Origin: a plasmid
Length of the DNA stretch: 64,000 nt
Sequence record: NZ_CP118102.1
Direction: 5' to 3' (one strand)
Positions 46,306 to 56,900 of this stretch are shown one piece after another. A model generated the notes under the pieces. The model searched no databases. It worked only from the letters and a program-made list of their open reading frames with translations, and was not told where the DNA came from. Made by a program: the position numbers and the translations under genes. Numbering within the stretch: position 1 is the stretch's first letter; every line of letters begins with the position of its first letter.

Positions 46306-47394
46306 TCGACAGATTGTAATATGAAGTGCGACACCTAGTTCAAAAAAAAATAAAAATGACCCATGGCCTGATTCGTGTAGAATAAAGTTACCACACCAAA
46401 TTCACACAGGAGAATCAGTCCATGAGCTACTCACATCTTACCATAATAGAACGAAGTAAACTAGAAGCACTCAAGCAACTAGGGATGTCTGCTCGAGCCA
46501 TTGCTCGTGAATTGGACCGACACCACTCTACGATCAGCCGAGAATTAAAACGAAATCAAAGTTCAGATGGTTATCAGGCGGTAGCTTCAGACGAGCGGTA
46601 TCAGTGTCTTCGCCAAACCCAAAGTTCACGAGGGAAGTGGACGGAGACGCTTGGTGAAGAGATAGAGAAGCGACTTCATGAAACCTGGTCTCCTGAGCAA
46701 ATTTCAATGAGCTATGCTCTAAAAGACAAGCCCATGGTTTCGTTCAAAACGATCTATCGGTGGCTCTATAAAGGTCGCTTGGCTCGTACGACAGTTCAAC
46801 AGCTAAGGCACAAAGGCAAGAGACAGAAGCCTCAAGAAAGACGAGGTCGGTTCCTCGTAGGGACTTCTATCAAACAACGTCCCAAAGAGATTCGTTCCCG
46901 AGAAACCTTTGGTCACTGGGAACTGGATACGGTCGTGTCTAGCCGAGGGAAAAGCAAGGCTTGTGTGGCCACCTTTATCGAGCGAGAAACACGGTTGTAC
47001 ACCGCGATTAAAATGCCAGATCGTACCGCACTATCTATGGAAATCGCTGTAGGCGTAGCTACTGCGCAGCACCCTTTGGGCACCTTCCAAACGGCTACCG
47101 TTGACCGTGGTAAGGAGTTCGCATGCTTTCATGATCTGGAAGACACTCACGCCATGAAGGTGTATTTTGCAGATCCTTATTCCTCATGGCAACGAGGATC
47201 CAATGAGAATGGAAACGGCCTCCTTCGAGAGTTCTTCTCTAAAGGAAAGGACTTCGCAGAGGTATCTGAAGACGAGTTAGAACATGCTCTCCATCTCATT
47301 AACAACAGACCAAGAAAATGTTTAGGTTGGAAGACAGCTCACGAATCTTTTGAGAATGAAGTGTCGCACTTGGATTGACAATCTGTCGTATAAA
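46306..47394 (+). mobile_element. IS30-family insertion sequence
   Basis: Imperfect terminal inverted repeats of about 28 bp: left cgacagattgtaatatgaagtgcgacac (46308-), right (reverse complement) cgacagattgtcaatccaagtgcgacac (-47393). Transposase gene inside. Confidence 0.8.
46422..47378 (+). CDS. IS30-family DDE transposase
   Basis: 318 aa. N-terminal HTH (LGMSARAIARELDRHHSTISRELKRN) and DDE core (HWELDTV..., ...DRGKEF..., ...NENGNGLLREF). Confidence 0.9.
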   Translation: MSYSHLTIIERSKLEALKQLGMSARAIARELDRHHSTISRELKRNQSSDGYQAVASDERYQCLRQTQSSRGKWTETLGEEIEKRLHETWSPEQISMSYALKDKPMVSFKTIYRWLYKGRLARTTVQQLRHKGKRQKPQERRGRFLVGTSIKQRPKEIRSRETFGHWELDTVVSSRGKSKACVATFIERETRLYTAIKMPDRTALSMEIAVGVATAQHPLGTFQTATVDRGKEFACFHDLEDTHAMKVYFADPYSSWQRGSNENGNGLLREFFSKGKDFAEVSEDELEHALHLINNRPRKCLGWKTAHESFENEVSHLD

Positions 47395-47754
47395 AAAATT
47401 TTATAACTTGTACATTTATTTTACGAGATAAAAGTAGTATTCTATATAGAAGAATCATGAAAATTGCTGAGACCCATAACCTACCGCCTCACCTCGCGTT
47501 AGCCCTGCGCTAAATCGAGTGTGAGGTGTTTTTATGTTTATTAGTCCGATGTTACTCGAAAAAGCGGACGCGCCATTCTCGGATTCGCGCTACATATTTG
47601 AACCGAATATCGACGGCCAGCCACCGCTTAATATTTTCGCAACTTAACGGAGAAGTCCGCTTATATACGCGTCATAATAACGATTGCACGCGCCAATATC
47701 CCGAAATAGCCTGCGAATCGCCAATCGGATTATGTTCTTGTCCATTACGGTAAT

Positions 47755-47798
47755 CGGTACAAGTTCTTGTCCTTGGCTTGGGACAAGAGCTTGTACCG
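47755..47798. repeat. 44-bp near-perfect palindrome, inverted copy of the one at 32004-32047 (solo IS200/IS605-end-like element)
   Basis: cggtacaagttcttgtccttggcttgggacaagagcttgtaccg. Confidence 0.7.
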
Positions 47799-47983
47799 AT
47801 AAAATAAAAAAGCCGCTAAAATAGCGACTTCAATGGGAATATGTTCTTGTCCCCCGACACTTTCGATATAACGTTAGTAATATAAATCGTCTTAGACAAA
47901 GTCCTGTATACAAATTAAACAACCTTAGTCCGGCCCATCGCCCTGATCTAAGGTTGTTTTGAGTGTGAACAAAAGATGAATCT

Positions 47984-49054
47984 TTAAGAAACTAGTGTTA
48001 ATGATCCAATAAAAGAAACAATAGCAAATATAAGCCCGCAGATAAGAGCAGCATACGCTGTATTGTTTTTTCTGAAAATAATATACATCCATACAATACT
48101 AACTAGAGCTATAACATAGAGAACTAAGGAAAATAGGCTTACATCAAAGTCAACGGGCACCTGTACCTCACCATCTGCTAACCAAAGGTACAATCTTGAT
48201 GCTGACAAAGCCATCATTTGAGGATCTAGATCATGTGGTGCAACTTGTTGATTCATAAACCCTGTTACAGTAAAAATAAGCAAAATAAATATCCCCTCAA
48301 CTGTTACCCACTTCCTCGGGTTGAAAGCAGAATTGTTCAATTTCTTTCTTATTAAAAAACCGTTAAAGAAAGCAATAAACAAAAGTGGAATGATCAAAAG
48401 ATGCTTTAACAATAAGGATTGACCATAAGAAGTTACCCATGAATTAAAATAATTCGGATCCGTTCTGATATTTAATAAGAGTCCAGATATTATTATAATT
48501 AGCATGATTACGATAGCAAGAGGATGATACCATGACAGAAATGACTTCCATTCTTCAGCTTTATTTGACATGTACATACCAGCAATAATGAGAATACCTG
48601 CCCAAACAGCAACCGAAAATAAATGGATAAATTGTGGCCAGAAACCAACCGGTCCAAAATATGAGGAAGCATGGCTGGACCAAGATAATGCTCCTACAAT
48701 AGATACTATTAATACAAATAGTAGTATATTGCTACTTGTACTGACTTTACCTTTCCTTGCTACCAATACACTGATTAACAGCACGGTTAATATCAAGGTC
48801 CATATATACGCTTTTCCTTCGGCAAAAGATAACATGACATTTTTAAAAATAAGGCCAAAACTTGCATCGTCTGAAAAAAAGAGAATGATCCTGAGTACGG
48901 GTAGAAATGAGAAAATAGCAACTCCTAAAGCTGCTAGGATAAACACTTTATTAGGTATTTTTACTGACTTATGAACTTGCGAAACAATGACTCCTCCAAA
49001 TAAGACAGACAAACAACTATAGAGAAAGGGCTCTCCTAACCAATACCAGCTCAT
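47984..49054 (-). CDS. copD: Copper resistance protein CopD (membrane)
   Basis: 356 aa, polytopic membrane protein. Immediately downstream of copC, with a 4-bp overlap. Confidence 0.7.
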   Translation of the reverse strand: MSWYWLGEPFLYSCLSVLFGGVIVSQVHKSVKIPNKVFILAALGVAIFSFLPVLRIILFFSDDASFGLIFKNVMLSFAEGKAYIWTLILTVLLISVLVARKGKVSTSSNILLFVLIVSIVGALSWSSHASSYFGPVGFWPQFIHLFSVAVWAGILIIAGMYMSNKAEEWKSFLSWYHPLAIVIMLIIIISGLLLNIRTDPNYFNSWVTSYGQSLLLKHLLIIPLLFIAFFNGFLIRKKLNNSAFNPRKWVTVEGIFILLIFTVTGFMNQQVAPHDLDPQMMALSASRLYLWLADGEVQVPVDFDVSLFSLVLYVIALVSIVWMYIIFRKNNTAYAALICGLIFAIVSFIGSLTLVS

Positions 49055-49653
49055 TGTTTCCTCCGTTTTATTTGTCTCATTAATGCTGCTATAACGATAA
49101 TGAGGATAATCCCTGCCCCAACAAAATACCAGGTATTATTGTTACTCTCTTCTCCAGGGAGAGCCTCAATAGAGGCTGAGACTTCCTCCGTGTTTGGTGT
49201 AGTTTCGACATTTCCAGTGGTTTCAGTGGTATCAATATTCTCAGTTATTTTGGTTTCTGAGCTTGTCGCTGTTTGCTCTTCGGGCAGGTCCACTGTAAAG
49301 TTATAATCGCCTTCAATCGGGTGACCGTCCTTCCCGACTATTTTCCATTCAACCGTGTATTCACCGTTTTTAAGATCAGTTCCATCCGATATATGTCTCT
49401 CCATCTTATTCATATCCAGGGTTATATCATTTAAAGGGACCTCTTGGTTATTTTGATCAAATAACTTAAAGGAGCTTAACACTTCTATACTCGTATTAAA
49501 CGTCAAAGTGATCTCACTAAATTCTGTGGTAACAACCTCACCATCTTTAGGAAAGGACTCCTCAATTTGAGTATGAGCAAGAGCAATTGATGGGAAGTAG
49601 AATAATAAAATACATACCAAAGCAATAATCACGAGTTGATAACTTTTTTTCAT
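49051..49653 (-). CDS. copC: Copper resistance protein CopC (periplasmic/extracytoplasmic Cu-binding), C-terminal TM anchor
   Basis: Signal peptide, then mature N-terminus HTQIEESFP (Cu-binding His1). Greek-key CopC pattern ...GEYTVEWKIVGKDGHPIEG. Confidence 0.75.
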   Translation of the reverse strand: MKKSYQLVIIALVCILLFYFPSIALAHTQIEESFPKDGEVVTTEFSEITLTFNTSIEVLSSFKLFDQNNQEVPLNDITLDMNKMERHISDGTDLKNGEYTVEWKIVGKDGHPIEGDYNFTVDLPEEQTATSSETKITENIDTTETTGNVETTPNTEEVSASIEALPGEESNNNTWYFVGAGIILIIVIAALMRQIKRRKQ

Positions 49654-49891
49654 TTAGAACATTCCTTTCTAATCGAAATTAAATCTAGTTCAGACTAACA
49701 CATGAAGATATGTTCATTCAATAATGTAAGCGATGTAATATTGTATTCTTTTAGAACTTTTGAAGGTGGAAGTAAAGAATGACTAAGAGTTGTTGTTCTA
49801 AAAATAACTCATAAAAAAACACCTTAAGTAAGAGACAAGTTCTAACCCTTGTCTGTTTACTTAAAGGTGTTTGATGAAAGCTTATGATGCC

Positions 49892-52066
49892 TTATGAGCT
49901 TTTCATTACTCGTACTGCATTTAATACAGCCAACAAAGTAACCCCAACGTCTGAGAATACCGCTTCCCACATCGTTGCAATGCCGAATGCACCTAGCAGT
50001 AAGAAAACTGCCTTCACTCCGAGAGCAAAAATGATATTTTGCCACACTATTTTTCTTGTCCTCTTCGCTATCCGAATAGCCGTTGTGATCTTTGATGGCT
50101 CATCGGTCATGATGACAATATCCGCTGCTTCAATGGCAGCATCAGAGCCAAGTCCGCCCATTGCAATTCCTACATCTGCCCTCGCCAATACCGGTGTATC
50201 ATTAATTCCATCACCAACAAATACAATTTTCTCTTTAGATGTCTTTTCTTGATCTAATTTTTCTATTTCTTCTACTTTGTTCTGTGGGAGTAACTCTGCG
50301 TACACCTGGTCTAATCCAAGTTGGCGCCCAACCGCTTCTCCTACCGTTTTAGAATCTCCGGTGAGCATGACTGTCTTTTTGATTCCAAGCTCCTTCAATG
50401 ATTGAATGGCTTCTAAGGAATCTTCTTTCACTTCATCAGAAATGACGATATACCCTGCATATTCCTTATTAATGCTCAGATGTACTATTGTTCCAAAGTC
50501 AGCTGGTTGATCATAACGAATATGTTCTTGATTCATTAGTTTTGCATTACCAGCAAGTACTTCTTTTCCATCAATCTTTACCTTGATACCATGCCCTGAA
50601 ATCTCATTATAATCCTCTAACTCATTCTCATTTATACTTTCACCATAGGCAGTTCGAATAGATTCGGCGATGGGATGAGTTGAGTGAGCTTCTGCATAAG
50701 CAGCATACCTTAAAAGCTGCTCTTTAGAAATCTCCCCTTTAGGTTGAATGTTTGTAACGGTAAATGCTCCCTTTGTCAGTGTTCCGGTCTTATCAAAGAC
50801 GACATATTTCACATCATTAAGGGCCTCCAGATAGTTACTTCCTTTAACCAACACTCCATTTTTTGAGGCTGCTCCAATCCCTCCAAAGAAGCCAAGTGGA
50901 ATAGAGACCACTAATGCACACGGACAAGAGATAACTAAAAATATAAGTGCACGGTATATCCATTCTGAGAAAGTAGCTCCAGTTATAATAAGAGGAGGAA
51001 CCACAGCAAGAAGCACAGCAATGATCACTACTACTGGAGTATAATAGCGGGCAAATTTTGTGATGAAATTCTCTGTTGGAGCTTTTTTACTGCTCGCATT
51101 CTGAACCAAATCCAGAATTTTTGATACAGTAGATTCACTAAATTCCTTAGCTACCTCCACGGTTAATACACCATTTTTATTTATAAAGCCACTGAGCACA
51201 TCATGACCTGGCTCCACTTCTCTTGGAACAGATTCTCCGGTTAGAGCAGAGGTATCCATAGCAGATACACCGTCAATGACTTTGCCATCTAAAGGAACCC
51301 TTTCACCAGGCTTTACCAAAATGATATCTCCGATCTTCACTTCTTCAGGAGATACACGTTCTATCTCGTTACCTATTTTTAAATTTGCATAGTCTGGGCG
51401 AATATCCAGGAGTGAGCTGATCGATTTTCTAGAACGATTTACGGCGATGCTTTGGAACATCTCACCAACTTGATAAAATAACATGACGGCTACACCCTCG
51501 GGATACTCTTGAATTGCAAAAGCGCCCACCGTTGCAATGGTCATCAAAAAGTTTTCATCAAAAACTTGACCCCTAAAAAGATTTTTGACTGCTCTGAATA
51601 CAATGTCGCCACCGATAATGATATAAGCTAATGCAAACAGCGAGAACTCTATATAGCCCGAAAAAGAAGAGAACCAAGCACCAGCAGCAATAAGGGCACC
51701 AATAATTAACCGGATTAACATACGTTTTGTGTTCTCATTTCCATGGTCGTGGGAATGATGGTGAGCATCTTCATGATTTTGATGTTCTTCTGTATCTTTG
51801 GAGCTACTTCTTGATGAAGATTTACCTTTTTCAATTACGCGTATATGAGGCTCTAATGTCTTCACCTTTTCTTTTGCTTTTGATACAATACTTTCTTCTC
51901 TTCCCTCTTCAGTCTCTAAAGTTAAAGTTTTAGTTACGAAATTTACTGAACAGGTACTAACTCCATCAATTTTCTTAACGCCGTTCTCAATCTTCATAGC
52001 ACAGTTCGCGCAGTCTAATCCATCTAATATTAACTCTTTTCTAACCTTCTGTAGCTGTGCTTCCAT
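49892..52066 (-). CDS. Heavy-metal-translocating P1B-type ATPase (Cd/Zn/Co-type; CadA/ZntA-like) with His-rich N-terminus
   Basis: Start MEAQLQKV after RBS GAGGAGTGAGGGG. HMA domain GLDCANCAM. His-rich HQNHEDAHHHSHDHG. TM6 CPC (VISCPCALVVSIP). DKTGTLT. GDGINDTP. Confidence 0.85.
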   Translation of the reverse strand: MEAQLQKVRKELILDGLDCANCAMKIENGVKKIDGVSTCSVNFVTKTLTLETEEGREESIVSKAKEKVKTLEPHIRVIEKGKSSSRSSSKDTEEHQNHEDAHHHSHDHGNENTKRMLIRLIIGALIAAGAWFSSFSGYIEFSLFALAYIIIGGDIVFRAVKNLFRGQVFDENFLMTIATVGAFAIQEYPEGVAVMLFYQVGEMFQSIAVNRSRKSISSLLDIRPDYANLKIGNEIERVSPEEVKIGDIILVKPGERVPLDGKVIDGVSAMDTSALTGESVPREVEPGHDVLSGFINKNGVLTVEVAKEFSESTVSKILDLVQNASSKKAPTENFITKFARYYTPVVVIIAVLLAVVPPLIITGATFSEWIYRALIFLVISCPCALVVSIPLGFFGGIGAASKNGVLVKGSNYLEALNDVKYVVFDKTGTLTKGAFTVTNIQPKGEISKEQLLRYAAYAEAHSTHPIAESIRTAYGESINENELEDYNEISGHGIKVKIDGKEVLAGNAKLMNQEHIRYDQPADFGTIVHLSINKEYAGYIVISDEVKEDSLEAIQSLKELGIKKTVMLTGDSKTVGEAVGRQLGLDQVYAELLPQNKVEEIEKLDQEKTSKEKIVFVGDGINDTPVLARADVGIAMGGLGSDAAIEAADIVIMTDEPSKITTAIRIAKRTRKIVWQNIIFALGVKAVFLLLGAFGIATMWEAVFSDVGVTLLAVLNAVRVMKSS

Positions 52067-52223
52067 GTAACCCCTCACTCCTCTCAAAAAGCTAAATTCA
52101 ATATATGAACAAATACTCATATGTTTGTTTAAACACATTATACGCAAATGAAAATTTAATTGTCAATAATTTGTATGAGATCAAAATAAAAAAGCACCTG
52201 CCATAAGCAGATGCTTTTAATGT

Positions 52224-52598
52224 TTAATTTTCATGCATAGTATGCTGAAGGGTTTGCGTGAAAATTTGTTCAATATGAGTATCATCTAATGAATAAAAAA
52301 CAGTCTTTCCCTCTTTCCGACGCTTAACGATTCTCATATTTCGTAAATAACGCAGCTGGTGAGAAATCGCGGACTGTCCCATTTCAAGAAGAACAGTAAG
52401 ATCATGAACACATAGTTCTCTCTGTAATAAAGCATGAATTATTTTAACTCGAGTAGGGTCACTAAATGCCTTAAACCAGTCTGCTACTTGAACTGCCACA
52501 TGTTCTTCAATCATTTCAGTCTTTACTTGTTTATAATCATCCTGAGAGCCAAGACATGTAGTATCACAATCTTCAATAAGGGGGGCTTTCTGCTCCAT
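52224..52598 (-). CDS. ArsR/SmtB-family metalloregulator (CadC-like)
   Basis: HTH ELCVHDLTVLLEMGQSAISHQLRYLRNMRIV. N-terminal Cys pair (EDCDTTC). Directly upstream of the ATPase. Confidence 0.75.
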   Translation of the reverse strand: MEQKAPLIEDCDTTCLGSQDDYKQVKTEMIEEHVAVQVADWFKAFSDPTRVKIIHALLQRELCVHDLTVLLEMGQSAISHQLRYLRNMRIVKRRKEGKTVFYSLDDTHIEQIFTQTLQHTMHEN

Positions 52599-52709
52599 CT
52601 TATAAATCACCTTCCTATTCACCAATACTACTTATTTTATAGTAAAGGTCAAAAAAACGAAAGGATTACGATTAAGAGATATTACCTGATATCATATTAA
52701 TGAATATAG

Positions 52710-53756
52710 TTAACTATTCTTATGATTAACAATATGATCAACAATTCTCTGAGCATCATATTTACCCCATCCAACAAGTGCAGATCCTCTACAGGTCTGC
52801 CATGGTAAACCAACGAAATATAGCCCCTCGACTACGGATACCCCCTCCGAGTGTTCAATCTCCCCTTCTTTAAACGCCTCAATAATATCTATCCATTGAT
52901 CATCACGTTTAAAACCAGTAGCCCAAATAACATTATCAATATGTATTGGAGATTCTTCGTTCTCAAAGTAAACCTGATCTTTATATATCTTATTAGTTCT
53001 CAAATGTAGTTTAATTTTCTCTTGCCTTATTAGTAACTCTAATTCTTTCCCATAGATCTGTTCAGGTTGTTTGTATAACCATTTACCTAGCGTACTCTTT
53101 CGATGAGCTGTTAAGAAACCTAATTTGTTAAAATACCAGAAGATACTCTTCCCTAGTATATGTAAAGGTTTGTAATTTATTTTTCCACTTGCAGAGAGAT
53201 GCACTTCATAGTTTGAAGCTAATTCGCATGCTATTTGAGCTCCGGAGTTTCCTGCACCTACAACTAGTACAACACCTTTCTTAAGTTGCTTCTCGTTTTT
53301 ATATTGTGAGGAATGCAATTGTATTACTGAATTGCTAAGAGCTTTGCTGAATAACGGAATATGTGGCTTCTGGAAAGGGCCTGTAGCTACAATTACATTT
53401 TTAGTAACGAATTCTCCTTGAGTTGTAATGAGCTTGAATGTGCCCCCCTCCTTAGTTAAAGATAAAACTTGTGTATTTCCTTGAATAGGGAACTCTAAAT
53501 GTTTAGCATAATCATTTAGATAATCTGCAAGTTCATCCTTATGCGGCAACCCCTGAGGATCACCTGCTAAATCCATACCTGGTAAGCTACTGTACATTCT
53601 AGGTGTGAACAGATGCAAGGAGTCATAACGACTTCTCCAAGTATCCCCAATCGACTTTTGACTATCTAAAATTAAGAAATTGATTGAATTTTGTTTTAGA
53701 TAGTAAGCTGATACTAGTCCTGCTTGTCCTCCACCAATAATAATAACATCATACAT
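52710..53756 (-). CDS. CzcO-like FAD/NAD(P)-binding oxidoreductase (flavin monooxygenase-like)
   Basis: MYDVIIIGGGQAGLVSAYYL (FAD GxGxxG) and second dinucleotide motif VLVVGAGNSGAQIACEL. Confidence 0.75.
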   Translation of the reverse strand: MYDVIIIGGGQAGLVSAYYLKQNSINFLILDSQKSIGDTWRSRYDSLHLFTPRMYSSLPGMDLAGDPQGLPHKDELADYLNDYAKHLEFPIQGNTQVLSLTKEGGTFKLITTQGEFVTKNVIVATGPFQKPHIPLFSKALSNSVIQLHSSQYKNEKQLKKGVVLVVGAGNSGAQIACELASNYEVHLSASGKINYKPLHILGKSIFWYFNKLGFLTAHRKSTLGKWLYKQPEQIYGKELELLIRQEKIKLHLRTNKIYKDQVYFENEESPIHIDNVIWATGFKRDDQWIDIIEAFKEGEIEHSEGVSVVEGLYFVGLPWQTCRGSALVGWGKYDAQRIVDHIVNHKNS

Positions 53757-53900
53757 TTTGGGAATTTCCTCCTAAACTAGTGATGTATTTAAATTATCAT
53801 ATGAGCAAGTATTCATCAATTGTCGGCATATAAATTTCCTCATAAAAAAAACAAGTTCAGATAACTTGTTTTTGCTTTACTATGACTGTATTAAAACACC

Positions 53901-54311
53901 TTACTTTGCCTTGGTTAGTATTAATAATAATGAAATGAAGGTAAAGGCGGTTAGCGCTAGGAAAGGGATTGTAATAAAGTTAAGCCAGTTGATGTACTGA
54001 ATATTACATGGTACACCACTAGTACACGGTTTAATAGATGCAAAGCCAGGTAGCTTCTGCTGCAAATAGTGAAACAAGGATAGACAGGCACCAAAGATGG
54101 ATAAGGGAAGTACATATTTTTTTATATTTTTGTCGCTGTAAAAAGCGGCAATTCCTAAAAGGATACTTAAAGGATACATAAGTATTCTTTGATACCAACA
54201 CAATTCACAAGGAATAAATCCTCTTATTTCACTAAAATATAGACTCCCTAACGTAGCAGTCACTGCAACAATCCAAGCCAAGTATAATGTTTGGTCTCGT
54301 AAAACCACCAT
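53901..54311 (-). CDS. Disulfide bond formation protein B (DsbB/BdbC family)
   Basis: 136 aa, 4 TM segments. CELCWYQR and a second Cys pair (CTSGVPC). Confidence 0.75.
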   Translation of the reverse strand: MVVLRDQTLYLAWIVAVTATLGSLYFSEIRGFIPCELCWYQRILMYPLSILLGIAAFYSDKNIKKYVLPLSIFGACLSLFHYLQQKLPGFASIKPCTSGVPCNIQYINWLNFITIPFLALTAFTFISLLLILTKAK

Positions 54312-54325
54312 TTTCCCCTCCCAGT

Positions 54326-55009
54326 TTACTCCTTAAGTTGAGCGTTTATTAAGCTAGAAATCTCATCATAATCAAATGGGTTAGATACCATTACATTATT
54401 TATCATAATTGTAGGTGTTTGCTGTACGTTATATTTAAGTACTAGTTCATTATCTATATTAACTTGCTCCTGGATTTGCATACTTTTCATATCATTCTCC
54501 AGTTTCTGAAGATAAATTGTTGGCGTGAACTGCTTAGCAATTTCCAAAACTTTCTCTGATGTTAACCAAAGTTCATCATGCTGCTCTGTTTGTGGTTGTG
54601 CATTGAATAGCTCTTTATGAAATGTCCAATACGCTTCAGGATCTTGTATCCAAATAGCTTCTGCCGCAAGCGCTCCAGTCCTCGACTCTTCTTCATGAAA
54701 AAGAACATTTATGTATGAGAATGAAGCTTTACCTGTTTCGATAAAGTCCTTCGTAATTCTTGGCTTCATTTCCTCTTCCCATGCCTTGCAGGACGGACAT
54801 TTAAAATCTCCAAACTCTACAATAGATACTTTAGATTCCTTACTCCCCAAAGTTGGTTGGTTCTCTGTCACAGGTGCGTCTTCGAATACCATTGCTGGAT
54901 TTTCTGATTTTTGATTCATTTGGTTTATCAAAAATAATGAAAGTAATAAAATAATGATTAGTGAAGTGAAGATAACTAATTTTTTTGACAATTGACGTGT
55001 GTTATTCAT
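54326..55009 (-). CDS. Thioredoxin-fold thiol-disulfide oxidoreductase (DsbA/BdbD-like)
   Basis: N-terminal TM anchor. CxxC active site FGDFKCPSCKAW. Confidence 0.75.
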   Translation of the reverse strand: MNNTRQLSKKLVIFTSLIIILLLSLFLINQMNQKSENPAMVFEDAPVTENQPTLGSKESKVSIVEFGDFKCPSCKAWEEEMKPRITKDFIETGKASFSYINVLFHEEESRTGALAAEAIWIQDPEAYWTFHKELFNAQPQTEQHDELWLTSEKVLEIAKQFTPTIYLQKLENDMKSMQIQEQVNIDNELVLKYNVQQTPTIMINNVMVSNPFDYDEISSLINAQLKE

Positions 55010-55079
55010 TGTTCACCTCGAAATTTTGTTTGTTTTTTTGATTCTACGTATAGATTCTTGCATCATTTGAAAATGTCCT

Positions 55080-55916
55080 TTAAGTATTATGTTTAAATTC
55101 AGAAATCTCTAATGGGTCATCATGCTTCTCCTTTCGATACCATTTAGCTGTAATAATCCCAAGCACTGCAACAAAAGCTGCCTCTTGCGTCATCTTCATA
55201 ATAATCCCACCTAATTGTTGATCATCTAATGGGCTCAAAATTGAAAATAGCTGAGGTGCATTTACATACGGTTCATAGAGTACTTTGTCAGAAAAAATAA
55301 TAACAACACATGCTGGATAAAGGAGAACTGCGTTAGCTGCAATATAACCTAGCTTTTTGACATTGGATAGCCGATCTAGTTCCGGAATAGGACAGATAAG
55401 AGGCCACCACATTTGAAATGAGGTAATGACTAGAAATGTATGATATAGGATTCCAAGCAGAGGGTTCTCCATCAATATATTAAATATGACTGGAAAGTGG
55501 TATACGGAGAATCCGAAATTAAATAAAAGCATAGCTAGTATAGGTTGATTCCAAAATTTTCCCAGATTCCTAAAAAACTTTGTCTCTAATAAAGGACGTA
55601 ACAACCAAGCTGGGGTCCCTAAGTAAATTAACAATGGCATTATGAAATATAATAAAGCTTGCTTCAGCATGTGAGCGCTAAACAAAACGTGATGACTAAG
55701 CGCATTAATTGGACTTCCAACAGCTAGATAGAGTGTTGCTAATCCGGATAAAAACAATATAATTTGTCTCAATTCCACTGGTTCACTTTGATTAAAACGA
55801 TTACGAAATTTCTTAATAGATAGAATGTAAGCTATTGATAATAAAACTGCTATTACAATTACAATCGGTCTCCACATTTCTAAAAAATCAAAATGTTCTA
55901 GTACCATTTCGTTCAT
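55080..55916 (-). CDS. ctaG: Cytochrome c oxidase (caa3-type) assembly factor CtaG
   Basis: 278 aa polytopic membrane protein with the Caa3_CtaG family pattern (multiple conserved His/Trp in TM helices). Confidence 0.6.
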   Translation of the reverse strand: MNEMVLEHFDFLEMWRPIVIVIAVLLSIAYILSIKKFRNRFNQSEPVELRQIILFLSGLATLYLAVGSPINALSHHVLFSAHMLKQALLYFIMPLLIYLGTPAWLLRPLLETKFFRNLGKFWNQPILAMLLFNFGFSVYHFPVIFNILMENPLLGILYHTFLVITSFQMWWPLICPIPELDRLSNVKKLGYIAANAVLLYPACVVIIFSDKVLYEPYVNAPQLFSILSPLDDQQLGGIIMKMTQEAAFVAVLGIITAKWYRKEKHDDPLEISEFKHNT

Positions 55917-56080
55917 CGCTAATAACCCCTCTACTACCCATTATAGAATAAATACTACAATGAGTAGTATAATATAAAATTGAAGAATCTGGTAACAAAA
56001 ATATTTATATACTCATGTTCAACTGAAAAATATCGAGAGGTGCTATTTCCCATACAGTAGGCACTTTGCTCAACTGTTAA

Positions 56081-56458
56081 TTAGCTTTGAGGAATGTATT
56101 TTTTTGAAAAATGAATTCCGCTACCAGCATAAAAATGTCCAAATAATTCATAGGATCCTTGTTCTAAGTTTGCGGAATTAACTTTTGCAGCATAAACTCC
56201 ATTGCCCTCATATTCACCTGGTATCCAGGTGGGACCTCCACCCTTACGAATTTCAAACATAAACCACGATTCCTGCGTAGTCGTCATGGCGTCATTTAAA
56301 GTTGCTGTTACTCGCACATTCTGTTCTTCATCTGTTTGAGCTTCAGATATAGCGATACTAATAGTTGATGCTTTATTATTAGAACCCTCTGAGCTGCAGC
56401 CTGTGAAAATATAAGTAGTCAACACTAAACCGACGATATATATTATTGCTTTCTTCAT
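56081..56458 (-). CDS. Lipoprotein, hypothetical (possibly a FixH/YtkA-like copper-handling domain)
   Basis: Lipobox IFTGCSS. Confidence 0.4.
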   Translation of the reverse strand: MKKAIIYIVGLVLTTYIFTGCSSEGSNNKASTISIAISEAQTDEEQNVRVTATLNDAMTTTQESWFMFEIRKGGGPTWIPGEYEGNGVYAAKVNSANLEQGSYELFGHFYAGSGIHFSKKYIPQS

Positions 56459-56900
56459 TTTTACCTCCGCAATCTGAATGCAAGACCGATTTCCACGATA
56501 CTAAATTTTCAAATTTTCTAAACATACACCTTCTTTTTTCATTTCCATCTAACATAATCTTGTTTGGGTTACGATTACAGATGTGGTCTAGGTTAATAAG
56601 CATCACAATTATATACTACAATTTGTAGTTTTAATTAAAAAACTATAATTGTTCAAAATATTGACCAAACCTTATAGCTAAAGGATCGTAGCTAACTCCA
56701 CTTTCATTAATATAAATCTCAGAGTATATAATCCCTTTGTTTCAAAGGAAGAATACTAAACACCAACACCTTTACATGCTGGAACTAGCATCAGACTCCA
56801 TAACTAAAATACAGCCGGTCCTACTGACCGACTGTACTTCTTGAAATATAAAATTGGCTTTCGAATTGAGACATTGTAAATATGGGTTAGTGAGGATGTG

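Noticed and set aside
56446-56900. Additional small ORFs (for example 56379..56606, 56446..56628) between the lipoprotein and czcD
   Set aside because: They overlap each other, lack RBSs and are AT-rich low-complexity. This is more likely a promoter or UTR region.
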